DNA from: Mobula hypostoma
Taxonomy: Eukaryota
Direction: 5' to 3'
NCBI RefSeq assembly: GCF_963921235.1
Contig: NC_086097.1
Span: 136,836,001-136,900,000 of the forward strand
DNA: 64,000 bases
The translations under genes and the position numbers were made by a program. Within the stretch, counting starts at the first letter, position 1; each line of letters starts with the position of its first letter. The notes beneath the pieces were generated by a model that saw only the letters and a list, made by a program, of their open reading frames with translations, searched no databases and was not told where the DNA came from. This document shows positions 12,410 through 27,100 of this stretch, in pieces.

Positions 12410-13174
12410 GTAAGTACATGGATCTTTCAAAGCTACACTTTGTGTTTGGATAGGCTATAAAGTACCACATTACATTTTCAGTAATTCAAGGAAGTTGAAG
12501 TCATACCAGCAAAATCTTGTTTTTACATGGAGATTTGTAACCAAGCAAGTGATGCATACAGTATATAGTATAAATTGGAGGGAAAAAATTGTTTCGAAAA
12601 CAATAAAGATCCCAGTCCTCGAACCAACTTTGGCCCAGGATTTGTGTTCAGCAAGATGTTCACCCAAGTCCTCAATCAACATTGGCAGCAAAATTTGAGT
12701 AGGTTCTAGGGCACTGATTTTTTTTAATCCTCCTCTTTCACCAATACTATAAATCTGGGTCCATTATCCAGTTTGTGTCAATATTGCAGGATACTGAAAA
12801 AGAATACTCGAAAGTGATGCAACCACAGTGCAGATAAAATGTAAGGGTTCTAATTATAGCTCTATAGAAAGACCCATCAAATTAAGAGTAGATCATCTGG
12901 CTCCAGGTCTGTGCTGCCATTCAATAAGATCATGACTGAACTTATTGTATTCCTCAATTCTGCATTACCATCTATCCCAATAACCCTTCATCCTGTTGCT
13001 TATGAGTACCTATCTACTTCTGCATTAACAATATTCAAAAACCGTTGAGGAAGAAAGTTCGAAACATTCGTGCTGCTGAAAGATGTTACCTCAGTTCTAT
13101 ATTAAACAAGTGAGCTTATGTTAAACAGTTCTAGATTCTTGAAGAGGAAGTATCCTGTCTGCACCAGCCTGACA

Positions 13175-13770
13175 GTGGTGGTGGTGGCATCCATTAGTCT
13201 CGCGAGACCATGGATCTGCGCCTGGAAAGTTCCAGGGCGCAGGCCTGGGCAAGGTTGTATGGAAGACCGGCAGTTGCCCATGCAGCAAGTCTCCCCTCTC
13301 CACGACACCGATGTTGTCCAAGGGAAGGGCAAGGGCAGATACAGCTTGGCACCAGTGTCCTCGCAGGAGTTGCCAGAACGAGGTTGAAGGCAACGTCGGA
13401 CTGCCTTAGGGTCTCCAGCTCCGGATTTGTCCTCAGGGTTTACTCCCGAAGCCTTTCCAGTGAGTGGGTATGGCCGCAAGGCAGCGGAGGTTTGAAATCA
13501 GAGTTTTCCCTCTCTTAGACGGACTGCCTTCCCAGGCTGATGAGCTCCATCTACCCAAAGCACTGGTTTTAAGGCACCAGAATCCACCTTTGCCCCTTCT
13601 CCTGTCAGTGGAAACAGTTCCGCTGGGCTTAGAGGCTAAGCCACACGAGAAGGCCAGGAGTTGGACTTGGTTGTCAGAGGCTATTTGAGGCACATGCCAT
13701 GAGGAGCACTTTTGGGTAGTGGGTGCTTGTCCCCACTACCACTCCTTGACTTGACAACCTTGGAACCTAG
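13175..13770 (-). mobile_element. Non-autonomous RTE-type element (5' UTR joined to 3' end) inserted into a CR1 fragment
   Basis: The minus strand has an RTE-like 5' UTR (gggaaaactctgatttcaaacctccgctgccttg) and an RTE-like 3' end (ccatggtctcgcgagactaatggatgcc) with a (cca)n tail. CpGs are well preserved and there is no RT ORF. Confidence 0.65.
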
Positions 13771-16700
13771 CAGTACCCCTCAGGGTTTTGTATTAGGTCC
13801 TCGCCCACTCTTCTAAACTCCAAGTGAGACTAGTCCAGCTTACCCAAACTTTCATCCCATAACCTGCCCACTCAAGGAAGAGTCCAGTTTTATGCCAAGC
13901 CTTACTAACTGGGAGAATTGCAGACTTGGTCTGTGCCTTGTATTGAGTGCACATTTAAATGGTTCAGATGTGGTGAGCATCCTAGATTTGGAAGAAATAA
14001 AACTGATCACCTTTCTTCCTCCTGACTGCAGTTCAATGATTTCATCTGTGTTCAAACCTGGCTTTGCATGGATTCAAAAGGACAGGAGATTGGCTAGGGT
14101 GTGGGCTCTCACAAGGCCAAATTACCTGCCAGTGCTCACCTTCTGGAGTCAAGAATGCCACTAAGGCATGATGTATTGAAGAGACATCTGGGCCTATTGG
14201 TGAATTGAACTTGCACTCTTCTGAGACCAAGCAGAGAGTTGAAAACTACCCAAAGAAATTAGTTAATACATTGAAAGAACTTCCATGCTATCTTGGAGTT
14301 GAAAAGGATAGATGCTGCAACTCATTGTATCATCGTCAGTGAAACTACATCAGTGTCAGCTGGCATATTCAGTTATCTCAATCCCTGTACTGCACATGCA
14401 GTAATTTGCATTCCTTTGAAAGCCATCTTCCTAATAGTCACAGTCTATGCACCTGGAAGTTAAAGCCACTTGCTTTCTAGTTTAATTTGGAAGTGGACAC
14501 TTGGGTGTGCTATTTCTACACATGTTGCTGGGTCATAAAGGACAGGATATAGATTGTGTGAGCACCCTGTCCTCCACATTCCTTTCTCATATTTAAGAAT
14601 CTTTGCTGTTAGTGAACCATTGGCAGATTGGCAGATAATGTGCTATATCATTCAGATTTGTCCCATGTGTAAAACAAAAAGCTCTTGCATCTACCACTGC
14701 CTGTCACAACCTAAAAGCAACCAACATCGCTTCTAGCCAAAGAGGTACATTTAAAGCATTGTTCTGCACTCTTTCATTGCTACACTGAAATGTAAGCTCA
14801 TAAAAAGCTATATAATATTCTCATTATCTTACCAGAACAGATTTTTTTATCACTGACATATACTGTATGACATTGTGCTGATATTGGTTTATTGTTATCA
14901 CAATTACTGAGGTACAGTGAAAAGCTTGTCTACTGTGCCATTTATACAGGTATCGAAGTCAGAATAAGGTGTAACAGCAGTGCAGGTTGACAATAGTGTG
15001 TGAGGTCATAATGAAGTTGATAATGTGGTCGAGAGTCCATCTTATTGTACTCGAAAACCAGAGTAGAAGCTGTTCTTGAGCCTGGTGGTACATGCCTTCA
15101 GGCTTTTGTATTATCTACCCAGTTGGAGAGGGAAGAAGAAAGAGTGTCTATAAATGAAAAAAATAAATGGTGCAAGAAAGGACTAACAAGGACCATTCGC
15201 GGACCATTCAGAAATCCGATAGTGTAGTTAAATCAAGTAACTAAAAGCATATAAAATTGGCTTTAATAGCTTGAATTATTGAATATAATTTTCTACTCAT
15301 AAACAGCTCTATTAACAGGGACTCATTGGTTTCTGCTCCATAGTTGAAATTCACAAAGTGACCAGTTCTCGAGCACTGTATTCGGACTTTCTCCGGAGAC
15401 AAATTTGCTTTGGACATCCTATTTATAGGTTTTGGAAACATACTGAGGATGATAACATATCAGTAAGACTGATATCATTTGCCACCCAAAAAAGTTTCTT
15501 TATTTTGCACTCCATAATTTTGCAATATATATATTTTGAGACTTATTTGTCAGTGTCAGTGCTGGACCTGTTTATTGTTGAACAATACTTCTGTGGATTG
15601 CCTCATGCTTGTACTCATGTAGTGCTGTGGGATGTTTATAAGTGTTGAGTTCAGTTATAGTTTCAATGACCAGAGAGAAATGTTTCTCAGTGAAGAGGAA
15701 AGGAGTCAGGATCACTCCAGGCTGCACTCAACATAAACTGATCAAAGTAGACCTAATACAAAAAGAAATGTTTCAGTAGATCATAGTAGTGAAGTACTTC
15801 AGTCTGCAGTTATTAACTCTTAGCTGTTGGCATCATAGCTGCCTCTAGTGTGGGACCCCAGTCGGGAAAACCTTATCTGCCTTGAGCTGAAAGTGACCCA
15901 GGGGAATTGCAGACTCTTGTTACTCAAATGGGAAACGAGTGGGAACCCCAAATGTGCTTTTTTGACTCTGCCAACAAATCTGTGGTTGACGTCATGACTT
16001 TTATCAGTGGCATAGCACTACTTACACCCAAGAGTGGATTCCAGTTTAACATGCAAGTGATGATCAAGTGGCCACTCACAAGAAGAATTACCCATTAAGG
16101 ACAAGGATCCAAGTGGATTAGCTGTTCTGAGAAATCATGTCTTTTGCATTCTTGTTGTCTTCAGTAGTTGATAAAACTTTCATGATGTGCAGTAAATTTG
16201 CAGAAGATTGAGTGTTAAATCCACTATTCAAACTATCCGGTGACGAAGCATTTGTAAATAATGTCTATCCCACAATATATGCTATAACAACAAAGCAATT
16301 CGAATAATGTGATTTTTTAACATTTTAGCTTATTTCCATACTGCAACAAGCTTCTTAAGGTAAATGGCTATTTAATCAATTGATGTAGGTAATTGTCAGA
16401 GTTGCAATCCAAATACAGATCCAACTGTGTTCAGGCACTGTGAAAGCATAATGCCATGTAAGGACGAGTCCTATTGGCAACACTGCTGATTAATTTAGCC
16501 CACCATTAAACTAAAATAGAGATGGATTTTTATTTTATTTTTATGTATAAACATGGTTAATCAGAAAAAAAATTGATAATACTCAAATTCATAGTGCCTT
16601 TTAATAATCAAAATAGAAGCAAACTCCCTTCTTAGCAAACAACATTAAAATGTTAACCTATAAAAGAATTCTAGTAAATGAAAACTTGAAGTAGAAGTGC

Positions 16701-18339
16701 TGATGTTAAATTCTCACTATTTCTGTGGAAGCTTATTTCTGTTTGTTGTAATTGTCTTTAGGGGACTGGGATGCATGCAATAATTTTATGCTTCTTGTCC
16801 TGTAGCAAGTTGACTTCAATGGGATAACATTGTGTCAATAGTTTCTCCTATAGTTGGCATTGATGTTCCATAAAGCTTCCAAGGTTATAAAGATGAATTG
16901 TTTTATAATTAAAGATTTCCATTATTTTAGCTATTTTAATTTTCCTGTCAAATAATATACTGTTTTATGTTAAAATGTTTTATTGATTATTTTTAATATA
17001 AGGTTTTTTAAAGTGCAGGGTGGGAATGCTGAGACACTTACAGTCAACGTACAGTATACAAAGAGAGGGGTTGGTGAATATCCAAGTCTAGACCAGTCCG
17101 CTTAAAATAAAAGGGAAACTTGTGGTATAGCAATTGGTTTGATCTCTCCACAGTTGCACTCTGACCTCCTGAGTGATATTGTCAATTTCTGTTAGTTTCT
17201 CACTCATTTCATTCTTTCACAAAATACTATATTAAATATCAAAATATTCATTTAGTCTTTATCCAGTTATTAATGATATTTCTTTTTAGTTTTTTTATTC
17301 GAATAATGTACATTTAATGTGCACATTCCCATCTTTGTTCTTCCTCTACCCCTACAGCAGCCCACTCTTAATATTTCTCATATTATTTCAGCTGAAAGTG
17401 CTTCATTCATTTCCAAAAAGTTTTATTTCACACTTGAAGTATTTGGACCTTTCTAACTTATACTTTAATGAGGAGTTGGGAGAAAGAAAAATAAAGTTGT
17501 TAAATTAGCAAATTAACTTTTAAATTGCAAGACGTGTTGGATGGGTAGCATTTCGATTGAAGAGGAGTTTATTGTGCACAAGTATAGTGAGATACAGTGC
17601 ATCGTAAAACTTGCTAGCAGCATCACGGGCATTTGAACCCATGGTGTTAATTCAGGGTGATCACATTGACCTTCTGATCACAGTGATTGGAATATGACAA
17701 ATTATATTGTTGATATAAAATAGAACAATCTGGAGCAATCTGATTGTTCCATCAGCTCTATGCTGTCTAGGCCATTCTACCCAATCCCTTCTGCCTGTCC
17801 GTGAACCATATTCCCCCCGCCCCATTCCCTGCATATTCATGTGCCTCACCTCTTAAAATGCCTCTGTTGTATTTGCCTCCAGCGTCACCCCTGGCAGTAC
17901 ATGGGCCTGAAAACGCACACCACCTAGCTCAAAGACAGCTTCTACCCCATTGTTATAAGACTATTGAATGGTTCCCTTATGTGATATAATGGACTCTTGA
18001 CCTCACAATCTACCTTGTTATAACCTTGCACCTTATTGTTTACCTGGACTGCACTTTCTGTATAGTTGTTTCACATTATTCTGCATCTGTTAGTGTTTTA
18101 CCTTGTACTACCTCGGTGTACTGTGTAAAGAATTGACCTGTATGACTAATGTGCAAGACATGCTTTTCACTGTATCTCAGTACAGGCGACAATAATAAAC
18201 CAATTTCAATTCCACCTCTCTGTGTGAACAAAATCGTGCTCCACACATATCTATTAAACTCACCCTCATCTTAAATGCATGACCCAGGAAACAGAGTCTG
18301 GCTGTCTACCCTGTATATGTTTGCCCAGTCACTATCACT

Positions 18340-18770
18340 GTTCATTCGTTTGTTATGTGCCATGTTGTATGACGTAGATGATCATGGCCTTTCCATAACT
18401 ATGACTGTTCTTGGCAAAGTTTTCTTCAGAAATGGTTTGCCATTACCGCCTTCTGGGTAATTGATGGGGCAGAGGGTGGGGGATGGTCAAGGATTGTGAG
18501 GGTCAGAGGGGTTTAGCATATGAGTAGGTGGCTGGTGACTCCAGCCATTATCAATACTCTTTAGAGATTGTCAGTGGTCACATAACCGGGCCTTATATGC
18601 ACCAGCTGTTCATGTGACCATCCACCACCTGCTCCCATGGCTTCATGTGACCCTGTTGGGAGAGTTGGGCAGGTGCTACTCCTTGCCTAAGGGTGATTTG
18701 CAGGCTAATGGAGGGAAGGAGTGCCTTACACCTCCTTTGGTAGAGTTGTATCTCCATCCTGTCACCGTCA
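18340..18770 (-). mobile_element. RTE/BovB-related SINE-like element
   Basis: The minus strand carries a BovB/Sauria-type 3' motif (gaaggcggtaatggcaaaccatttctg...gccaagaac). Confidence 0.55.
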
Positions 18771-18774
18771 CTCC

Positions 18775-19720
18775 TCAACCCAAACACTGCCCTCTCCCCA
18801 CTGTCCGTCCCTGACTTCCCATGCCCACCATCTACACCATCTGCTTCCCAAATGCCTGTCATTCCACACCCCACCATGTACCTGTCCCTCCCATTCCCAC
18901 CCCCCCATAATACTATACCAGGTTGCACTCAATAAGCGCAAACACCCATGGCTGTAGCCCTCCCCACCACCCCATCCTGAACTCAACCCTGCCCCTGCTA
19001 CCAGTCCTAACCCACAAGTGCCACCTACTCATATGCTAGACCTCTCCGACCCTCAAAATCCTTGACCATCCCCGCCCCCTGCCCCATCAATTACCCAGAT
19101 GCACCCCCATTACTTGTTCCTCACCCAGCACATACTCCAAGCCTCAGCACAACCCCCAACCACCTCATGCCCCTGATGTCCTCTTCCCAGACCACCGCTA
19201 CCATTACCATATCTGCTCTTGCCTCCATTTATTACTCTTATTTCTCATCCCCAATCCTGATCCTCACACCTGCCCCTCACCCCCAATTCTAGTCTAACCC
19301 TTGCTCAAGAGGCAACCGTGTCCCCTCCCTTCATCATTACACAGACTTCCCACCCCTGTCAGTCTCCACACACACCCCTCACCCATCGTAACACTACTCT
19401 TCAACATTCTTACCCCAGTCTCAGTCCCTCTCCCATGTTGGGTTGACCCCGACCCACCCCCCTCATTACTCAGTTTTCCCACACCCTAAATTCACCCTCT
19501 GCCATTTCTCACACCACACACCTTTTTCCACACCCTCTGATCTCACACCTACACTGCCTCAACGCCCCCATCCCAGTCTATAATGCACCCCCCTTTGCCC
19601 ACTACCACCCTCCAACCTGGTCATCCTTCTGTCCTGTGACTCTTTCCACCTCAGTGCCATTGCTCAGATTTCTCATCTAGTCCCTCCTTATAACGCAGTT
19701 TTTCCACCCAGCTGGTCCCC
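18775..19720. repeat. ~950-bp C-rich low-complexity tract (G-rich on the minus strand)
   Basis: Dense CCC runs and strong G depletion on the + strand, with no clear periodicity. Confidence 0.8.
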
Positions 19721-20049
19721 GCACAGATACATTTTCTTGTATTGTAAACATGAGCTTAAATCTAGGTCTCATTTTTATGAGCAGTAACCATCCCAAGAAA
19801 GATGTTTTCTGTTATTGCTTGAAAGATTCTTGTGTTTATAATGTAACAAGTTATCAGGAACTGTCTTAACCCAGTCCCTTTGACTTAGTAAGTACACCAA
19901 ACACCTGGCAAATGGCTAACAGGAGTATTATCATAAAGAATTTTACTTCAGATTATGTAAGAAAATATTGAAGCAGTTGAGCAAATTCTTGTGCAAGATA
20001 CTAAGTGGTGCCTTAAATGCAGAAAGAGAGGCTAACATTTAGGAATAGG

Positions 20050-20460
20050 ATTCTATACTTTAGAGATAGGCAACTGAAGAAAAGACTGGCAGTGCAGAGT
20101 GATGGATATCAGGATCGCTTGTAAGGCCAGAATTGGGGAATTGGACGATGGGATGTCCATCGGAATGAGTTTGCAGAGATAGAGAGTGGCAAGGCCATGA
20201 AAGGAATTGAAAATAGGAATGAGAATTTTAAATCTGGGCATTGTTCACCCAGTGTGGGTCAGCTGTAGGATGAATTGGACTTAGTCTATGATGGGACACG
20301 GACAGCAGGTTCTTGGGTGAACTTTAATGTTCCAGAGAATGGAGCCCTGAAGGTCACATAATAAGCCCTTCAGAAGTGAAATTTAATTGTAACAAAGGTG
20401 CTAATGAGATCTGAACTGAAAATTAGTGAAAGTTATGGCCAGAATCTGACAACATTATGG
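20050..20460 (-). mobile_element. Old L2-type LINE 3' fragment
   Basis: RFKILIPIFNSFHGLATLYL resembles the L2 ORF2 C-terminal FK.L...FKALHGLAP.YL motif. Confidence 0.6.
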
Positions 20461-20929
20461 ACCTGAAATGAAGATTGTGTGAGTGAGAGCATTAAACTTA
20501 ATGTATTAAAACTATTGATGAAGGGGTGTGACCACTGCAAGTTCCTTACTATTTGATACCTAAGACAGGAAAAGAATGAGAAATTTTACTGAAGCATCCC
20601 ATCACAGCTTTTTAGGTTGTATGTATGTCTTTTCCTTTAAACTTCCCTGTTTGGAAGCAATGTTATTACCAATTTTTAGTTCCTGAAAACTGTTTTTTAT
20701 CTTGGTAAGGCCAAAGAGCCTGTTTTCATGCTATACCTATGACTATGACTATAATAGTTGCAAAAGTGATGCAAAGGTAAGTCAGACTTTACAATGTATT
20801 GCATCTTAACTCAGATTCAGGTTGCTGGTGTTCATCTGAGAGATGTGTGAAACATTTGCCTGTGAAAATAATTCGCAATTAAGATGTAATTGTTCCATTT
20901 TGATTAATTTGAAAGTGTACAGTTAATAA

Positions 20930-21163
<234 letters not shown>

Positions 21164-21690
21164 TAAAATGAGCTCTCATGTCTGCTGAGCTGGCTGTTCT
21201 GAACAAAATGACTAATTATGATATTTTTACAAGCTTCTTTATTTAAAAATCCAGCTGTTATATCTTTAGCCTTGCCTTCCCATTTATTCCATTTATATTG
21301 TAGCCCTGGTTTCACTGGCACTGATGTAAACTAAGCAGAATTGCCTCCTCCTGAGGACCATATGGTGCTGGCAGCAAGCATAAGAGATCATTATTTCTCT
21401 GGTCTCAGGAGGCACACTTCTGATATCAAATATGTACCCAGTTGAGTGGAATTGCTTTACCATCATTTCAGTCATACTTGAACTACTAAGATTTTTCAAG
21501 TGCCTTTATCATGATTCCTCTGCTCTAAGCTGGGGTGGCAATATTCATATAGGCATCATTTTAATTTTAAATGGAGGTGGCTACACAACATTTAAGTGGT
21601 TCAGTGCCATGAGGATACTGTAACCATGTGAATCAGAGATTCTCGTTTCTGTTGAGAACTGGGCCTCACTCAGTGCAAACAGCTCAGCAT

Positions 21691-21770
21691 CAGGGGTTCC
21701 CAACCTTGGGGTCCACAAACCCTTTGCTTAATGGTATTGATCCACGGCATAAAAAGGCTCGGAGGCCCTG
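21691..21770. mobile_element. 80-bp hAT (Charlie/MER5-like) MITE
   Basis: Termini CAGGGGTTCCCAACCTT ... AAGGCTCGGAGGCCCTG form an imperfect TIR. The TSD is not preserved. Confidence 0.65.
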
Positions 21771-22029
21771 ATCTAAAGACTTTGTGTGTTGACCCACTCA
21801 CTGTGCTTCCATGTGAAACAGATGGAAATAACCATTTGTATTCATTTGAGTGGAGCAATAAGAATGTCTAAAGTAAATAGAGAAATGATTGCTCGTCATT
21901 TTCTTGATTATAGTCCAGGATATTGGACATATTTTGTGCAATCATCCTTTTAAAGAAAAAAAGAATTGTAATTGAAAACATGCACAAATGTCTTTCACTG
22001 AAAAGCAACTTCAGAATTTAATAAATCTT

Positions 22030-24105
22030 GGCAGGAAGGCAGAGGGGGCAGCATTGCTCTGTTGGTTAAAACTGAAATCAAATCATTAGAAAAAGGTGAC
22101 ATAGCATCAAAAGGTGTTGAATCGTTGTGGATAGAGCTAAGGAACTGCAAGGATGTCGCCTACAAATTGCAACGGGAGCTGGAAACTGCATGCCAAAAGG
22201 GCAGTGTTACAGTAGTCATGGGGGACTTCAATATGCAGGTAGATTGGGAAAATGGTTGGCGCTGGATTCCAAGAGGGGCAATTTCTAGAGTGCCTACAAG
22301 ATGGCAGCTCATGGTTGACCCCACTAGAGGATCAGCTATTCTGGATTGGGTGTTGTGCAATGAACCAGAGTTGATTAGAGAGCTTAAGGTAAGAGAACCG
22401 TTAGGGGAAAGTGATCACAGTATGATCAAATTCACCCTGAAATTTGCGAAGCAGAAGCTAAAGTCAGATGTATCAGTATTACAGTGGAGTTAAGAGAATT
22501 ACTGAGGCATGAGAGAGGAGCTGGCCAGAATTGATTGGAAAAGAGCACTGGCAGGAATGACAGCAGAGCAGCAATGGCTAGAGTTTCTGGAAGCAATTCG
22601 GAAGGCACAGGATATATACTACTCAAAGAGGAAGAAGTATTCTAAAGGAAAGATGACACAACTGTGGCTAACAAGAGAAGTCAAAGCCAACATAAAAGCC
22701 AAAGAGAGGCCATATAATAGAGCAAACATTAGTGGGAAGTTAGAGGATTGGGAAGATTTTAAAAACCAACGGAAGACAACTAAAAAAGTCATAAAGATGG
22801 TAAAGGTGGAATACAAAAGTAAGCTGACCAATTATACTAAAGAGAATACCAAAAGTTTCTTCAGAAGTGTAGCAGAAAGGTGAGTATGAATATTGGACCA
22901 CTGGAAAACGATGCTGGAGAAGTAGTAATGGGAGACAACAAAATAGTGGGCAAACTGAATAAGTATTTTGCATCAGTCTTCACTGTGGAAGACACTAGCA
23001 GTTTGGTGGAAGTCCCAGGTATCAGGGAGCATGAAGTTACCACAACTAGAGAAAAGGTTCTTGGGAAACTGAAAGGTCTGAAGGTAGATAAGTCACCTGG
23101 ACCAGATTGTGTACACCCCACAGTTCTGAAAGACGTGGCTAAAGAGATTGTGAAGGCATTAGTAATGATCCTTAAAGAATCACTATATTCTGGAATGGTT
23201 CCGGAAGACTGGAAAATTACAAATGTCACTCCACTTTTCAAGAAGGCAGAGAGGCAGAAGAAAGGAAACTATAGGCCGGTTAGTCTGACCTCTGCTGTTG
23301 AGAAGATTTTGGAGTCGATTATTAAGGATGAGGTCTCAGGTTAGTTGGAAGCACATGATAAAGTAGGCCGCAGTCAGCATGGTTTCCTCATGGGAACATC
23401 ATGCCTGACAAATTTGTTGGAATTCTTTAAAGAAGTAACAAACAAGATAGACAAAGGAAAGTCAGTTGATGTTGTGTACTTGGATTTTCAGAAGGTCTTT
23501 GACAAGGTGCCACTCATGAGGCTGCTTAACAAGCTACAAGCCCCTGGTATTACAGAAAAGATTCTAGCATGGATAAAGCAGTGGCTGATTGGCAACAGAC
23601 ATAGAGTAGGAATAAAGGGAGCCTTTTTCTGTCTGGCTGCTGGTGACTAGTGGTGTTCCACATGGGTCTATGTTAGGACCGATTCTTTTTACGTTATATG
23701 TTAATAATTTGTGTAATGGAATTGATGGCTTTGTTGCAAAGTTTGCAGATGATATGAAGATAAATGGAGGGGCAGGTAGTTTTGAGGAAGTAGAGAGGCT
23801 TAGCCAGACTAGGAGAATGGGCAAAGAAATGGCAAATGGAATACAATATTAGGAAGTGTATGGTCATGCACTTTGCTAGAAAAAATGAATGGGTTGACTA
23901 TTTTCTAAATGGAGAGAAAGTATAAAAAACTGAGACACAAAGGGACTTGGGAGTCCTTGCAGGAATCCTTAAAGGTTCATTTGCAGGTTGAGTCTGTGGT
24001 GAGGAATGAAAATGCGATGTAAGCATTCATTTCAAGAGGACTAGAATATAAAAGCAAGGATGAAATGTTGAGACTTTATAAAGCATTGGTGGGGCCACAC
24101 TTGGA
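22030..24105 (+). mobile_element. CR1 LINE ORF2 pseudogene (APE endonuclease plus RT)
   Basis: MGDFN, SDH, KSPGPD, NYRPVSLTS, YLDFQK.FDKV, SGVP.GS.LGP and KFADD motifs; many frameshifts; truncated at both ends. Confidence 0.92.
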
Positions 24106-27100
24106 CAACTCAATGTTGATATGAAAGTATGTTTCTAGCATAGACGCCCCCCCCACCAGTCCACCCCAGAGCCGTGGTCTTTGGAGCACATTCATACATT
24201 CATAGCAAAATCAAGATGTTTTTTTAAAATGAAAACTTTTATGCTCGGTTGTAGGAACAGGGCTAATACAGAGTGGTAATTCTCCATCGCACTGTATCAT
24301 CTTGTGCATGCACTTAATGAGGTGTGTTGCCTATTAAGAACAGGCAAGTTTGAATCTTGCAATGGTGAGGCTGAATGATATCTAAGATTTTGCCTGATTT
24401 TGTGTTTATGTAATGGCTGATCCTGTCATGTGATTTAGTGGTTCATGTTAAGTTCATGACATCGTGACCTTGAGGGTTGGATCTTGGAGGGTATCCAGCC
24501 ATTCCTCAAAGCCAACAAACGCAGCACATCATTGAAACTTTCCACTGAACTAAACTTCATACATTAAATAGCGTGCATTATGGGCATGTTAGTACAGTAT
24601 TCCAACACGCAGAGCTATTTGTTGTGGTGTAAATGGCTTGGTAATTCAAAGACCTGCACACCAAAGAGTTATCAGGAAAGTGTGTCAGTGTTTATGAATA
24701 AAGTAATTAGAGTACAGTGTACATATGCAGTACCTAAATTACAGTCATACTCTGCTAAGTATTTATTTAATTAGGCTCCTTTTCTGTTTTCCATTCAATA
24801 TCATTAGGCTTCCTGGTTGAACAACTTTGACAGTTAACTGTCAAAAGTCTGGTGCACAAATCCAGAGTAACATAAAAACATAGAAAACCTACAGCACAAT
24901 ACAGGCCCTTTGGCCCACAATGCTGTGCCGAACATGTACTTACTTGGGAAATGACCTAGTGTTACCCATAGCCCTCTATTTTTCTAAGCTCCATGTACCA
25001 TAACTAGTAGTTCATAACTATACTTGGATACCCTGGGCTGCGAATACTTTTGCACTGGTGAGCAGAAATAATAACAATTAGATAACAGGTATTTCTTAAA
25101 TGTAGTATTTCAGGAGAAATAGCCTTCAAATCAAAGCTAATGTAAAACCTGTCCACAAGCCGCTGTTAGCTTCCAGTAAAATTCCCAGGAAATGAAAAGC
25201 TTTCAAAGACGACGCGTCTCTGAGGAAAAGTGGGTGGATTTACAATTATCACTTCGGAGAAAAAGAAGTCCTGCTGAATAAATGAAGATTTAAATCAATG
25301 TAGCTGTTGGGTGAAGACAACTTGAGACTCACCAGGCGGTGAATTGCATGTCAACACGTTGCTGTCTAGTTAGCAGCTAGCTAAAATATGAAACATTGGC
25401 ATGTGCAAAGAGGCCAAAGGGGCATGCAATTTAAAACTGAGATTTTGTTCATCGTAGGTCATTTGTGTAACATTGAAAGCAAAATGCCTTGGAAGCAAGC
25501 CACAGTCAAAAATTAATATCATGTTCTTAAGTTTTCACTAAATGCACTGGTTTGTTAGTCCTTGGAGATCTTAAAAATTACGATGTGTATTTTTGGGTGC
25601 AAGGATACAAGTACATATACTTGAAAGGTTTTTGAATATAAATATGTTAATTTACTGTATTTCATTGCAACCATCATTTTTTCTTGATTATTTAAAATCA
25701 TTTTAACCACAAGTACTGGAGATAGATGTTGACTAATATTCTTTTTATGGTTGATTAATCCATTTTCAAATCTCACCAGAATACCACCCCTGAAGATCAA
25801 GGAACGCATTATAAAATTATATCTCTTTTTACTGGATTGTAAAATTCATCCTGATACGACAGGATAGTGAAAGATTTTGCATTCAGTGAAATACATAATT
25901 TTAGAAAACTGGCTGAAAATTGAAAGCAAGTAATATTTTTCAAAAATTATTTAATTTTGATTGCAGTGCTCCATGTTTGCTGGTTGCAACCAAAGTCAAA
26001 AAATAATTTCTAATTCCAATTCCAAATCAGATCTCTGAAAGTTATTGTAATAAATAAATGACCTGGCTTCTAAAGTGGAAAGTGTTTTTGACTAATTGTT
26101 CATTATTTTAACTACTTGGTAGGGTTTGTGAACTAAAGATTAAGTTAGAAGCTGACACAACTGTATAACTCTATAACACTTTAGTCTACATTGGCATACT
26201 GGTGCAAACATTGTGACATTTACCCAATTCTAATTTTAGCTGCTCTGAAGCATACTTCTAGGCTGTGTGGTCTGTAGAGCCTATGGATTGGTGGCAGCCT
26301 CCAACAGCATAAACCCGCAGGCAGAGATCCAGTCCGGTGATAGATATGTTGACCCTCCCGCAAGATTCACATCAATAATTAATGAATAGAACATAGGAAC
26401 CAAAATGGGCATTCATCTCTTCAAACTCTCTCCACCATTCTACACTTCCATTTCACTTCCCTATCGATTTTCCACATTATGTAATACCCTTGTCAAAAAA
26501 GCCTACTGATCTTCATCTGAAAACATTCCAATGGTCTTTGTCCCTCATCATTTGGAAAACATTCTGATATAATTTTCTGTGCATTGTCGTGCACTGCCTA
26601 TATTAGCCATTATGCATCATTATTCAGGATAGTCTTCCGCAGTCACTTAATCTATTTTTTACACTTCACAACTTGTGCTCTCATCTGCAAACTGAGCATC
26701 CCTACTTGCATGATTTTCAACTTGGAATTTCATTTTTCTATTTTCAGTTTTCTATTCTTCATCTGGTACTTTTGTGACACCTTTGATGTGTAAGCAATTA
26801 GGTGTAAACTGAAAAAGGCAGATGAATAAAAGATGATGTGATTTTCCAAGATGTTATTCTGTTTAATATGCATGTATTTTGACAAGATTCATTTGAATTA
26901 GATGTGCTTATTCAAGCAATTATTTGTATGAAATTGCAAAATCTGGATGGTTTCTGTTTAATAAGTTTCCCTTTGCTTGGTTCATTCCTGAGACGTTAGA
27001 AATCCTTCTGTTAAACATACAGCTTTCACATTTAAATTTTCGAACTGATCCCGTGACTGAGCAAGGTATCATTATGTTAAATGTGGGTTTCTCTAAGCCC

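Noticed and set aside
13537..13566. CTGATGA motif resembling a hammerhead on the + strand
   Set aside because: It lacks GAAA and a convincing stem II, and it is antisense to the RTE-like element.
13900..14235. Possible ancient SINE-like or conserved non-coding remnant (similar impression at about 6120-6500)
   Set aside because: Too degenerate to assign without alignment.
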